Shown here: in pieces, positions 42,309 to 52,608 of the stretch | Position numbering within the stretch: the first letter of the stretch is position 1 | Layout: each line of letters starts with the position of its first letter | The notes under the pieces: model-generated | What the model saw: only the letters and a program-made list of their open reading frames with translations | Databases searched by the model: none | Told to the model about the DNA's origin: nothing | Assembly: GCA_963705255.1 (NCBI GenBank) | Contig: OY970061.1 | Location: forward strand, 2,272,001-2,336,000 | Direction of reading: 5' to 3' | Origin: an uncultured Methanoregulaceae archaeon | GTDB taxonomy: Archaea; Halobacteriota; Methanomicrobia; Methanomicrobiales; Methanospirillaceae | DNA length: 64,000 bases | Position numbers and translations under genes: made by a program

Positions 42309-42719
42309 GGGGGGGGGGGTGCCCGGCTCCCGCCTTCAACTTACATTTCCACCAGATATTGGCGACAACACTCCTACCAACTCTGGTACCAGACGGGGGG
42401 TCATGCCCTACTTACAATCCGGAATGTGGGGGGGTCACCCCCCTCCTGAAAAAAAAGTGGAGGGGGGGTCAGCGGTCGACCCCCCGACTCAATCGTGAGT
42501 AATGTATATTTTTTCGTATGCGTGACTCTTGCATTTCCTCTGGGACTCCTGACGTGCTGGACAAAATTCCAGTAATACCCACATTTGAGTAGGGGGGTCA
42601 ACCGGGCCTGAGGGGGTGGGGGGGTCGGATCGCATTTGAAAACCAATTGAAGGGGGGGTTACCCCCCACGTGAAAATGAAACAGGTGGGGGGTCAGCAGC
42701 CAACCCCCCCCCCTTCAAA
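42309..42719. repeat. G-string/C-string-rich non-coding region with a duplicated ~65-bp module
   Basis: G7-TCA-C6..TGAAAA..G7-TCAGCGGTCGA-C6 (42428-42492) and G7-TTA-C6..TGAAAA..G6-TCAGCAGCCAA-C10 (42652-42719); further GGGGGGTC copies. Confidence 0.75.
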
Positions 42720-42737
42720 ACCAGAAAATAACAAAAA

Positions 42738-42821
42738 CGCTGAGGAGGGGAATTGAACCCCCGAGGCACTTTCGCACCACAGGCTTTCCAGGCCTGCGCC
42801 TTACCGCTAGACTACCTCAGC
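42738..42821 (-). tRNA. tRNA-Ser(GGA)
   Basis: Reverse complement GCTGAGG...GCAGGC CTGGAAA GCCTGT; long variable arm GGTGCGAAAGTGCC; GGTTCAATTCC; CCTCAGCG. Confidence 0.93.
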
Positions 42822-42856
42822 AAAAAGTGTATCCTATGTGTACGCCGGGTATTTTT

Positions 42857-43969
42857 TTAATGGTATCTCTTTTTCCGGAACTGCCGGTCGGGTTTTTTGC
42901 CGGGTTTTCTGTCCGGTTGCGCGGCTTGCACGGAGTCCGGCTCCCCCGTTTTCTTTCCGGAAGATGGCCGCGGTATCGCCGCGAATTTCCAAGGTTTCTT
43001 CTGCGCAGCCGGTGCCGGCTTTGCTTCCTGTTTTTTCTTTTCGGGGAACTCTTTTCCGGACTTCGTCCACCCACGGGGGTACGTGCCGGGCGACATGAAA
43101 ACCGTTGTCGGCGCGATAACCAGCCCGGTCTCGCCGGGCCTGAACGAACCGGAAGGAACGAGCGCCTGCCCGAGACAGATGAACTCCTTCTTCTGCGAGA
43201 GGACCGCAACGGTCTGGTCTTTGCCAAACTCCATGCAGCTGACAACACCGACGCCTGCAAGGACGGCCCCATGGCAGAGCGCGTCGATTGCGGAGTCGCG
43301 GACGACCACGATCGGCAGGTCGGGGACCGCTGCGTCCACCGGGAGGATCATGGCCGCAAGCGCGGTACAATCGCCGTCCCGTGCAGCAATTGCTGCATCC
43401 TGCACGTCGTGGAGCGTGTGCATCGATTCCTCCCCGAAGGTACCGGAACGGGTGCGGCGCAGCTCCTGCATGTGGGCGCCGACCCCGAGCGCCAGCCCTG
43501 TGTGGTGGCAGAGCGAGCGGATATACGTGCCGGCATCGCACTCCACCCGGAACAGGACGAGGCGGTCTTCGATGTCGAGGATCTCCAGCTTCCGGATCTC
43601 CCGGATGCGGAGGTTGCGCCTGACCGCACTCTTGCGGGGAGGGCGCTGGTAGAGCCTGCCGGTGAACTCGGCTGCCATCTGGTCGATCCTTGCCCGGTCG
43701 ACTGTTCCGTGCAGCCGCATCAGGCAGATGTATTCCTTGTCGTGCTGGAGGAGCAGCGGGGCGAGCCGGACGGCATTCCCGAGCATGACGAGCAGCACGC
43801 CGGAGACCTGCGGGTCGAGGGTGCCCGAGTGGCCGACCTGGCAGCCCAGCATCCTCCCCACCCATGCGGCGACCTCGTGGCTGGAAGGGCCTCGTGGCTT
43901 ATCGATGACGAGGATCCCCGCATGGCTCCACGCGTGGACCGGTTCCTTTTGTGCTGAATCTCCGGTCAT
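42857..43969 (-). CDS. cbf5: H/ACA RNA-guided pseudouridine synthase Cbf5 (TruB family)
   Basis: IDKPRGPSSHEV, GHSGTLDPQVSG, QRPP..SAV, GTYIR, ELRRTRSG, PUA domain, Lys-rich tail. Confidence 0.95.
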   Translation of the reverse strand: MTGDSAQKEPVHAWSHAGILVIDKPRGPSSHEVAAWVGRMLGCQVGHSGTLDPQVSGVLLVMLGNAVRLAPLLLQHDKEYICLMRLHGTVDRARIDQMAAEFTGRLYQRPPRKSAVRRNLRIREIRKLEILDIEDRLVLFRVECDAGTYIRSLCHHTGLALGVGAHMQELRRTRSGTFGEESMHTLHDVQDAAIAARDGDCTALAAMILPVDAAVPDLPIVVVRDSAIDALCHGAVLAGVGVVSCMEFGKDQTVAVLSQKKEFICLGQALVPSGSFRPGETGLVIAPTTVFMSPGTYPRGWTKSGKEFPEKKKQEAKPAPAAQKKPWKFAAIPRPSSGKKTGEPDSVQAAQPDRKPGKKPDRQFRKKRYH

Positions 43970-44658
43970 CGTGCATTCCCCGTACCGGCGAGGCGGGCAT
44001 TCAGCGCTTTCAGGGTTCCTTCAAGCGACCCGTCTCCCACCACGGCCGGATCGGTCCCCCCTTTGCGCATGGCGGCAGCCGTGATATCCCCGATTGCCAT
44101 CACCAGGAGGCCGGGTCGCGGTATCCACTCGGCTTTTGCATATGACATGGCGCTCGTGAACAGGATCGCATCGGCCGGTTGCAGGTCGAGAGGATCTCCG
44201 GTCGGCTCCAGCCCGTAACACCGGAACTCGTGGGCAATCCCCCCGGCAGCACTGATGGATTCGATCAGGGCGGGGTTGGGGACATCAGCCCGGGGGATGC
44301 CGATATGTTTCCCCCTGATCCATTCTCCAAGGAAGGGCACGAAATCCCGCGAGTAGAAACCGGGAAGCGTTTCGCAGCCGATATGAAACTGCCGGAGCTC
44401 ACCTGCCGTCTGTGGCCCGATCGCAATCACGCGGGGATATCTTTTCAGGAGGGGTGCGATGATCTTTGCCGGGAGGGCGCTCGTGAAGAAAAGGCAGTCA
44501 AACGCGCCGCTGTGCACGGCATCCACGAATGCCGTGATCTCCTGCTGTCGGATCTCCGACCGGAGCGGGTGGACGCTGTAACAGGAGTGCCCGAATTCCG
44601 CGCAGCGTGCCGCATCGCTCTTCTCCTTTCCAGCAAGACGGGTGACTGCGATTTTCAT
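43966..44658 (-). CDS. hemD: Uroporphyrinogen-III synthase
   Basis: MKIAVTR, FFTSA, IAIGPQTA, LFTSA, AIGDITA. Confidence 0.88.
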   Translation of the reverse strand: MKIAVTRLAGKEKSDAARCAEFGHSCYSVHPLRSEIRQQEITAFVDAVHSGAFDCLFFTSALPAKIIAPLLKRYPRVIAIGPQTAGELRQFHIGCETLPGFYSRDFVPFLGEWIRGKHIGIPRADVPNPALIESISAAGGIAHEFRCYGLEPTGDPLDLQPADAILFTSAMSYAKAEWIPRPGLLVMAIGDITAAAMRKGGTDPAVVGDGSLEGTLKALNARLAGTGNAR

Positions 44659-44736
44659 GTGGGATGTGTCGCCCCGGTATGATATGATGGTATGCATTTC
44701 GGTTGATTTATGTCCATTCTCCCGCATCTCTGATCC

Positions 44737-45951
44737 ATGATAGAGATCCTGCTTGGCACGGCCCTCGGTGTGGTCCTCGGTACTGCCAGCGGGATAATTC
44801 CCGGCGTGCATGCGAATACGCTTGCCGGTGCCCTGCTCAGCCTCCAGGTCGCCCTCCTCTCGTTTCTTGGACCCGTCGCGCTTGCCGCGGCAATGTTTGC
44901 CGCCCTTATCACGCACACATTTGTTGACGCGATACCCAGTACGTTCCTGGGAATACCGGATACTGATACCTCCCTTGCCGTGCTCCCTGCACATGCTCTC
45001 TGTCTCCAGGGCAATGGCGAGGAAGCCGTCCGGATCGCCGCTCTTGGCAGTGCCTGCGCCATGATCATTGCCATCCCGCTCTCGGTACTCTGTTTTTTCC
45101 TGCTTCCAGCTCTCCAGCCGTATTTCGACTGGTGGATTGGGATCCTGTTGATCGCGACGGTCGGCTTCATGATAGTCACCAGCGAGTCGCCGGCCTGGGC
45201 GCTTGCGATCTTTTCCGTGTCCGGCATTCTGGGGTTATTTGCACTCCGGTACACATTCCTCAGCTGGCACACCATTGGAGGAGGCAGCGCGATCCTGATG
45301 CCCCTGCTCACCGGGCTGTTCGGCATTTCCGTCCTCCTCACGGCGTCCCGCGGGTCATTGCCGGAGCAGGTGTTCCGGGGGATCCGGATGGAGGACGGGA
45401 CCGTGATGAAATGTTCCCTCCTCGGTACCCTGGCCGGCGTTGCCGTCGGGTGGCTCCCCGGGCTCTCTACGGCTTCTGCCAACGGCGTTCTTGCATCTGT
45501 CATCGGCTATGAGAAAGACCGGCGGGCGTATATTCTTGCAACCAACGCGGCCAATACCGCGAACGCTTTCATCGGGCTGGCGGCTCTCTTCGCGCTCTCC
45601 CGGATGAGGAACGGGGTGATGGTCGCGCTCTCCGAGCTCCCGCTCCCATCGATGAGCGAGCTCATGGTGACCGGGGTGCTTGCCGCATGTGCTGCATACC
45701 TTATCACCGTTCGGCTCTCCCGTTCGGCTCACCGGCTGTGCGGTATTGACAGCCTGCTGCTGAACCGGGCGGTGATTGCATTTGTTGTACTCCTTTGCAT
45801 CGTCCTTACCGGGCCCTTCGGTGTCGTGATTCTTCTCCTGGCAACAGCCACCGGGCTTGTCCCCTATCTCGTGAACGTCCCAAGGGTTTACTGCATGGGT
45901 GCCATCATGTTCCCTGTAATGCTCTACTCATTCGGGGTGGCCGGCGTATAA
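44737..45951 (+). CDS. TctA-family membrane protein (stand-alone archaeal type)
   Basis: GIIPGVHANT, IPSTFLGIPD, VLPAH, PLLTGLFG, GWLPGL. Confidence 0.88.
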   Translation: MIEILLGTALGVVLGTASGIIPGVHANTLAGALLSLQVALLSFLGPVALAAAMFAALITHTFVDAIPSTFLGIPDTDTSLAVLPAHALCLQGNGEEAVRIAALGSACAMIIAIPLSVLCFFLLPALQPYFDWWIGILLIATVGFMIVTSESPAWALAIFSVSGILGLFALRYTFLSWHTIGGGSAILMPLLTGLFGISVLLTASRGSLPEQVFRGIRMEDGTVMKCSLLGTLAGVAVGWLPGLSTASANGVLASVIGYEKDRRAYILATNAANTANAFIGLAALFALSRMRNGVMVALSELPLPSMSELMVTGVLAACAAYLITVRLSRSAHRLCGIDSLLLNRAVIAFVVLLCIVLTGPFGVVILLLATATGLVPYLVNVPRVYCMGAIMFPVMLYSFGVAGV

Positions 45952-46018
45952 CCCAGGGTGTCCGGTGGGAACGGCGATCTATGGTTTTATACGGGTGCAA
46001 ACCCCTTAGTTTCCTATC

Positions 46019-46906
46019 ATGCCATCCTACTGGTTCGGGGATATTGAGGACGGGCGTTGCACACCGTTCACCGGAGACCCGCCCGCTATTGCCGGCCGGG
46101 TCCGTTCCATCCATACCGACATGGACACGTTCGTCCCGCCGGACTGGAAAGCGGCAGTAAGGTGTGGTGCCTGCAAAGACCGGGGAGAATACCTCTCGCG
46201 GCTCCGGGAGGTATGTTTTGCCGCTGCAGAACGGGGGATCCGCGACCAGTACGCCGGGAAAGATGCCGAACTGCTCCAGATGGTAAGAACACTGGACGGG
46301 ATGGACGAGGCGATCAACCTGCTCTCCGGGCGGGTGGCGGAGTGGCACCAGATCCTGCACCCGGCCTTCTCCCGCAAGTACCGGAGGACACCGGCACATG
46401 TCCTCGTGAAAGGGATCTCCCGGAACGGGAGGGGGGCACTAGGGAAAGTCGCGGCCCAGATCGAGGAGCTTGCGGCTGCACGAACCGAGCTTGCAAAAGA
46501 GGTCTCTGCACGGGCAAACCGGGTCATGCCCAATACGAGTGCCCTGATCGGCGGGCTGGTGGCAGCCCGGCTCATATCCCGGGCAGGGGGGCTCCTCCCC
46601 CTCTCCCGGCTTCCGGCGAGCGCCATCCAGGTCCTCGGTGCACGGACGGCCCTCTTTGCCCACCTGCGGACCCGGTCCCCCTCACCAAAGCACGGCATCA
46701 TCTTCCAGCACCGGCGGGTCCACAACGCCTCCCGCCAGCTCAGGGGCAGGGTCGCCCGCGTGCTCGCCGGGAAACTTGCTATTGCCGCACGTATCGATTA
46801 TTTCCGGGGTGTGGCTGCACCGGAGTTCCTCGAATCGGCACAGGCCTCTATCGATGCTGCCGGGAAAGGGGCAGGTGCGACGAGCGCGGGGGAGGGTGAA
46901 CCGTGA
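46019..46906 (+). CDS. nop5: C/D box sRNP protein Nop5 (Nop56/58)
   Basis: INLLSGRVAEW, PNTSALIG, ARLISRAGG, PASAIQVLGA, PKHGIIF, LAGKLAIAARID. Confidence 0.93.
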   Translation: MPSYWFGDIEDGRCTPFTGDPPAIAGRVRSIHTDMDTFVPPDWKAAVRCGACKDRGEYLSRLREVCFAAAERGIRDQYAGKDAELLQMVRTLDGMDEAINLLSGRVAEWHQILHPAFSRKYRRTPAHVLVKGISRNGRGALGKVAAQIEELAAARTELAKEVSARANRVMPNTSALIGGLVAARLISRAGGLLPLSRLPASAIQVLGARTALFAHLRTRSPSPKHGIIFQHRRVHNASRQLRGRVARVLAGKLAIAARIDYFRGVAAPEFLESAQASIDAAGKGAGATSAGEGEP

Positions 46907-47523
46907 TCTGGATCGGGGACGTGCTGGTCTCCCGGGGCGAGGGGGGTGTCTATAATGAACGGATGCTCGGGGGTGCACGGGTCTGGGACCCGTACCGGAG
47001 CAAGCTTGCAGCCCTTTACTACACCGGGACCGGCAGAGAGATTACTCAGGAAATGCGGGTACTGTACCTTGGTGCTGCGAACGGTACAACCGTTTCCCAT
47101 GTTGCAGATTGTGCGGAGGTGGTCTATGCCGTGGAGTTTGCACCCCGCCCGATGCAGGACCTGCTGGAAGTCGCACGGCGGCGCAGAAACGTTGTCCCCA
47201 TCATGGCCGATGCCGCCCGCCCTGAACAGTATGCCCCGCTCGTGGAAGCGGTCGACCTGCTCTACCAGGACGTGGCGCAGCCGGAACAGGCAGCAATTGT
47301 CCTCAGGAACTGTGCATTTTTAAAAACCGGAGGCGACCTGATCCTTATGCTCAAGACCCGGAGCGTGGACGTGAGAAAGGAACCGGGGGAGGTGTTCCGC
47401 GACACGGCTGACGCGCTTGAAGCCGGCGGGCTGGAGATCACCGAATCCGTCTGGCTTGCCCCGTACCACCAGGACCATGCCGCCATCGTCTGCAGAAAAA
47501 TCCGCACCGGGGGATCCGTGTGA
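46903..47523 (+). CDS. flpA: Fibrillarin (rRNA/tRNA 2'-O-methyltransferase)
   Basis: WDPYRSKLAA, VLYLGAANGTTVSHV, YAVEF, YQDVAQP, PYHQDH. Confidence 0.96.
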   Translation: MIWIGDVLVSRGEGGVYNERMLGGARVWDPYRSKLAALYYTGTGREITQEMRVLYLGAANGTTVSHVADCAEVVYAVEFAPRPMQDLLEVARRRRNVVPIMADAARPEQYAPLVEAVDLLYQDVAQPEQAAIVLRNCAFLKTGGDLILMLKTRSVDVRKEPGEVFRDTADALEAGGLEITESVWLAPYHQDHAAIVCRKIRTGGSV

Positions 47524-48234
47524 CCGACGGGATCCGGTTGTATCCGGGAGGGGCGCTCCCGTTCATCGCCATCCTCCTCCTCATAGGGCTGGTCATCGTC
47601 ATCATCCCGCTGCTCTTCCTCGGGCTGGTCGGCGCTGCGTTCACCCGGCTGGGGTTCTCCTGGACTGCAGCGCTCGCGGTAGTCCTGCTGATGCTGTTCG
47701 GGAGTTTTATCAATATACCCCTCTCTACGGTTCGGCGGGAGATGGTCCGGGCAGGGCACGGGGAGTTCTCCTATGACGGCACGAATACCCGGGCCTCAGC
47801 GCCGGTGTGGGATACGGTCATCTCGCTCAATCTCGGCGGGGCCCTCATCCCGGTCATCGTATCATTCTATCTCCTCTCCCGTGCGGTTTCACTTATGGGC
47901 CCATCAGTACCTCATACCGGTGGTAACCGGCATCGTGATCGTGGCAGTGATCGCGTATGTTGCCACCCGTTCAGTGCCCGGGTACGGTATCAGGGCACCG
48001 CTATTCATCCCCGGGCTTGCAGCACTGCTCTGCGGGCTGCTGCTCACCGGGGGGACCGGGTTGCCGGCAGGTGTCACCGCGTTTGTTTCCGGCACGGCCG
48101 GCACGCTTCTCGGTGCCGGTATTGCCCGGCTCCCTGCTATAAAGGATCTTGAAGTCCCTGAAGTGAGCATCGGCGGGGCCGGTATGTTCGGTGCTGTGTT
48201 CCTCGCATGCGTCCTTTCAGCTCTTGTCGCATGA
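47520..48234 (+). CDS. DUF1614-type membrane protein (frameshift ~47910)
   Basis: GSFINIP, NLGGALIP, then SVPGYGI...GTLLGA...SIGGAGMFGAVFL in the second frame. Confidence 0.8.
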
Positions 48235-48296
48235 TACAGGACGGGATGCAGATTTAAAAATCGGGATTTTCCGTCAGGAAAACTGCACAAAAGAAG

Positions 48297-48369
48297 TAGC
48301 CCGGAGCAGATTCGAACTGCTGTCGGGGGATCCAGAGTCCCCCATGATTGACCGCTACACTACCGGGCT
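48297..48369 (-). tRNA. tRNA-Gln(CTG)
   Basis: Reverse complement AGCCCGG TAGTGTAGCGGTCAATCATG GGGGA CTCTGGA TCCCC...GTTCGAATC...CCGGGCTA. Confidence 0.93.
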
Positions 48370-48425
48370 GTCTGACCCATATTTTTTGCCGCTGTTGCCT
48401 AATTAAGGTGACGGACAGATGCGGG

Positions 48426-49151
48426 TCACACGGATTTTGCCCGGTCGCAGCGCCCGCAGGCCCGGCAGACCTCCCGGACCGGATGGATCAGCGTCCCCTT
48501 CCCGCAAAACGGTTCGATGTCATGGACGTCCCGCAGGTAGTAAATATGGGGGACAAGGGAAATGTGGGTGTAGGTCCCGCACGGGACCCCGAGCTGGCCG
48601 GCGATGGATCCCTGGAGCTGGACGAGCGCATACATGTTCGCACCGGCTGCGGTGAGCATATCGTTTGAGCGGAAGACCACCCGCATACCCAGCCTGCCCT
48701 GCCGCAGGACACACTGGACGAGCTGGAGGCAGGGGCAGTCATCGAGTTTTTCGTCGATGACCGGGTTCCAGGTGATCGCGATCGCACGCCGGGATACCGG
48801 CGACGTTTTGAGTTTGTCGACAATATAGGCAATCTGGTCGATATGCACGGGCTGCCCGCCAGTCACCAGCCGTTCTCCCCAGTCAAAGAGCCTGCCATGG
48901 TAGTCGTACTCGAAGGAGGCATGGGAGCCGTGGAGCAGGTCTTTTGCATACTGTTCCACGAACTTCTGCTGGAACCGGGAGTGCGGGCTGGTCATCGGTT
49001 CCGCAAGCGGGGTATCGACCTGCAGGGCGACCTCTTCGAATTCGACCGTCGCTTCGGCATCCTCGGTCTGGAGCACCCAGCCCTTCTCCAGGATCATCCT
49101 GATGACCTGCTCGTGTGCCAGCCCGATGCTCGGTGCCCGGATAATTCTCAT
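48426..49151 (-). CDS. thyA: Thymidylate synthase, archaeal type
   Basis: FEYDYHGRL, SRRAIAITW, PCLQ, FRSND, SLVPHIY. Confidence 0.9.
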   Translation of the reverse strand: MRIIRAPSIGLAHEQVIRMILEKGWVLQTEDAEATVEFEEVALQVDTPLAEPMTSPHSRFQQKFVEQYAKDLLHGSHASFEYDYHGRLFDWGERLVTGGQPVHIDQIAYIVDKLKTSPVSRRAIAITWNPVIDEKLDDCPCLQLVQCVLRQGRLGMRVVFRSNDMLTAAGANMYALVQLQGSIAGQLGVPCGTYTHISLVPHIYYLRDVHDIEPFCGKGTLIHPVREVCRACGRCDRAKSV

Positions 49152-49680
49152 ACCCAGGTATTTGTCATCCGATATTGTATATTTGTTGAAATCAGAACCG
49201 GCCACTACATATGGTTATTGCCTGCACCATATAGTCTGAATATTGAGGAACAGGCGATATTGGTCCACAACAAAAGTGCCGGTGTTGATTTAAGCATCCG
49301 TAGTAATTCTAATTCTCTTATAAAAAAATTGAATATTCACCAGACTGTAATACTGTACATACAGTCCCCACAATAAACAGTACCAGCATGCGCGAGTTAT
49401 ATACTCTGCACAGTCCCGTCAAAGTGGCATTCCCGGTTTATCATGGGGCCGGGTGCGGGACAAAAAATTTGATTTTATTGTCCTGATTGCCAAAAAGGGG
49501 ACGCATCTCCCCCGGAATTACTAGAAAAATCAACCACAAAGGATATATTGGCTCTTTTACAAATACTGTTTCATATTCCGTCTAAACGGAGTATGGGGCT
49601 CGTAGAACCGTTATTCGGCATTTGTCGAATACTGTTCCCGGCTTGAATTGTATGATGTAAACTTTGGAGGAATTGAACAC

Positions 49681-52401
49681 ATGACTAAGCGATTAACGAT
49701 TGCACTTGTTGCACTTGCGTTGTTCGTTCTCGTTGCAGTACTGCCGGTAGCGGCTACTGATTACATTATGAATACGGGAGTCAACCAAGGCGCACAAGTG
49801 TTCATTGGGGAAGAACATTTAAACCTGACCCATGCATTTAACGCGGCTCAAGGCATTGGACCCGCGAGTGCATTAGATACCACTACGCCGAATACGAACA
49901 ACATGACGATCGGCTGGTGGGCATCAGCAGCGTCCATTACCCAGACTTCACCCAGTCAGACGGCCAATCTTGGCACCTCTTACACCTCATTGACCGTTGC
50001 ACCGTCCACCTTCGTCGGGTACACCGGTGTCTGGTATCTCGTGAACCCGGCTACGGGTAGTGCATGGGCAGGTCCGATACCGGTCATCAGCGTGCAGGAC
50101 CCATCCCTTACTCTCGGAGTCTGGGACTTCGACCAGTCGGTCGATGTAACCGGAGGCTCGGTCCCCCAGGGAGAGAACCTCGGGTTCACGGTTGGAACCA
50201 ACATGTATGGGGTCTACCCAAGCCGTTACACGGAAACGTTTTCAGGGGTTCCCGCACAATCTGCAGGATACATTACCATCAATGCTATTCCCGCTTCGGG
50301 AACAACGCTTGTTGCACTGTACAATGCGAGTTACACCGGCAGTCCTTCCGGTACCACTTTCGGTATCCAGAGTCTTGTCCAGTTGCCCGTTGCCACCTCG
50401 CCGTACCGATGGGGTGCGTCCAACGGTAACAACGCCCCATGGGCTACCGGCCTTGTTAACAACGTAAATGGTAATGGCCAGTACTATTACCCTGCAGGGA
50501 CGTACACGCTCTACGCAGAGTCGGACCTCAACAACATGAAGGCCAACTACCTGAACGGCGGAGCAAGCTTCACCGGGAAGACCATCAGCGCGACCCAGAC
50601 CGTCACCCTTGTCTCCAACACGGTGAAGATCGAGGCCAACATGGATACCGTCGTCCGGACCAAGCCATTCTCAGTCACCATCACGGGTAAGCCCTCGCAG
50701 AGCTACAATGTCTGGGTCAAGGACACCCAGGGCTTTAGCAACGCGGTTGACAGCGCGGCCCCGTTCATCGACACCAACCAGAACAGCGTCAATGTCACTG
50801 ACCCGATAACCGGTGCGTACACCTACCAGAACTCCCAGCAGACTGTCGCACAGGATACACAGGACAACACGCGCTATGCGAACGTAACCCTTTCCAGCTC
50901 CGGTACCAGGACCGTCCAGCTCCTCACGACCAACTGGACCAAGGCACAGCAGTACACGATCCGTGTAGAACAAGACTTCGGATCCGCTGCAGCAGGCCAC
51001 AACTACAAGTATGACGAAGTCACCGTGACTGTCCAGAAGGGTACCGTTACCGTTGTAGCGGCAGGCGACCAGAGCTACTACCTCGGCGAAGAGATCCTGT
51101 TATCAGGTACCAACACCGAGTCAGCCACGACCTACCTGCTCCTCTTCGGCCCGAACCTCGGGACCACCGGCGGGATGCTTTCCCAGCCGCACACGGCAAT
51201 CGCTACCGGTGTTACAACCAACTTCGACACTGCTCCTGTCCAGGGCGACAATACCTGGTCCTTCAACTGGGGAACAGCAGGCCTTGAACTCGATGCAGGG
51301 ACCTACACAGTCTATGCAGAGAGCCAGGCTGTAGCAGCAGGTGACCAGAAGAACCTCGCCAATGAAGCGTACGGAACCGTCTCAATCGTCATCAAGAAGC
51401 CGTTCGTCTCTGCAACCGCATCCTCGTCAGTAATTGCACAGGGTGACACCATAGACATCACCGGTACTGCAGAAGGCAACCCGACACCCGGCATTGCAAT
51501 CTGGCTCATCGGTACGAACTATGCATTCTACACCACCCAGAGCGTGAACGCTGACGCATCGTTCGACTACCAGCTCAAGCAGGCCAATACCGCCGGTCTT
51601 GCGGCAGGCCAGTACTTCGTCGTTGTCCAGCACCCGATGCAGAACAACAAGTTCGATATCGTTCCGCAGACTGCCTCCGGAGGATCCATAACCGGTCTGC
51701 TGTCCGGCACCCCTGTCTGGGTTGTCAACCTGCAGTCGACAGTAAGCACGGGTACCAACTACAACGCATCCCGCATCTTCCAGATCGCAGGTGGAAGCAG
51801 CCTGCAGGGATCCGATGCAGCCGAGGCACTTGTCGAGGGCATTACCAACGCTAATGTCGACGACACCTACACCAAGCTCCAGTTCCTCGTCGAGGTACCT
51901 GCCATCACGATCAACCCGATCCCTGATGCGCACGTAGGCGACAAGTTCACCATCACTGCAACCACCAACCTCGCAGTCGGTGACCAGGTCCTCGTCCAGG
52001 TCTACTCATCATCATTCAAGCCCACTGACAAGAGCCAGAGCGGCGAGTTCAGCGGCGCAACCGGCACGGTCGCAGTCGCACAGGGCACCAATGGCCTGAA
52101 CACGATCTCGTTCCCAGTTGACGCATCGACGTTCAAACCGGACGAGTACATCGTTCAGGCATCAGGTGTCCTCCAGCAGGCCACCGGCACTGCACTCTTC
52201 AACGTCCTCGAAGGCGCTGCCCCGACGGTAGCACCAACGGCCGTTGTAACGACCGCAGCAGCCGTCACGGCTGTCCCGACAACCGTTGCAATGACCGCCG
52301 CACCAACCCCGGTCCCGACCACCAAGTCGCCCGGCTATGGTGCACTGATCGCATTGATCGGTCTCGGTGCAGTTGCATTCATTGTCGTGCGCAGGCACTG
52401 A
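49681..52401 (+). CDS. Major S-layer glycoprotein with PGF-CTERM (archaeosortase) anchor
   Basis: Signal peptide; Thr/Asn/Gly-rich; many NxS/T sequons; Thr-rich linker; TKSPGYGALIALIGLGAVAFIVVRRH; highly expressed-type codon bias. Confidence 0.92.
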   Translation: MTKRLTIALVALALFVLVAVLPVAATDYIMNTGVNQGAQVFIGEEHLNLTHAFNAAQGIGPASALDTTTPNTNNMTIGWWASAASITQTSPSQTANLGTSYTSLTVAPSTFVGYTGVWYLVNPATGSAWAGPIPVISVQDPSLTLGVWDFDQSVDVTGGSVPQGENLGFTVGTNMYGVYPSRYTETFSGVPAQSAGYITINAIPASGTTLVALYNASYTGSPSGTTFGIQSLVQLPVATSPYRWGASNGNNAPWATGLVNNVNGNGQYYYPAGTYTLYAESDLNNMKANYLNGGASFTGKTISATQTVTLVSNTVKIEANMDTVVRTKPFSVTITGKPSQSYNVWVKDTQGFSNAVDSAAPFIDTNQNSVNVTDPITGAYTYQNSQQTVAQDTQDNTRYANVTLSSSGTRTVQLLTTNWTKAQQYTIRVEQDFGSAAAGHNYKYDEVTVTVQKGTVTVVAAGDQSYYLGEEILLSGTNTESATTYLLLFGPNLGTTGGMLSQPHTAIATGVTTNFDTAPVQGDNTWSFNWGTAGLELDAGTYTVYAESQAVAAGDQKNLANEAYGTVSIVIKKPFVSATASSSVIAQGDTIDITGTAEGNPTPGIAIWLIGTNYAFYTTQSVNADASFDYQLKQANTAGLAAGQYFVVVQHPMQNNKFDIVPQTASGGSITGLLSGTPVWVVNLQSTVSTGTNYNASRIFQIAGGSSLQGSDAAEALVEGITNANVDDTYTKLQFLVEVPAITINPIPDAHVGDKFTITATTNLAVGDQVLVQVYSSSFKPTDKSQSGEFSGATGTVAVAQGTNGLNTISFPVDASTFKPDEYIVQASGVLQQATGTALFNVLEGAAPTVAPTAVVTTAAAVTAVPTTVAMTAAPTPVPTTKSPGYGALIALIGLGAVAFIVVRRH

Positions 52402-52608
52402 ACTAACATCAAAATCTCCTTTTTTTAAAGTCCCGTTCCACAAAAAATTATCCGGCTTATTCCGGGCCATCTGGTGCGAAAGCAACCGGTTATGTGCTTC
52501 CCGGGTTCCGGCTGCCTGTGTGGCATCGTTTTTTAATGTCCCGGGAGTCAACGTAGATGTGAAAAATGTATCCTGCCGGATACGTTGTCATCTGTGGTGA
52601 TGTGAACA

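Noticed and set aside
42228-42821. Integrated element at tRNA-Ser carrying the methyltransferase
   Set aside because: No integrase and no duplicated tRNA 3' end were seen, and the MTase is coupled to core iorB.
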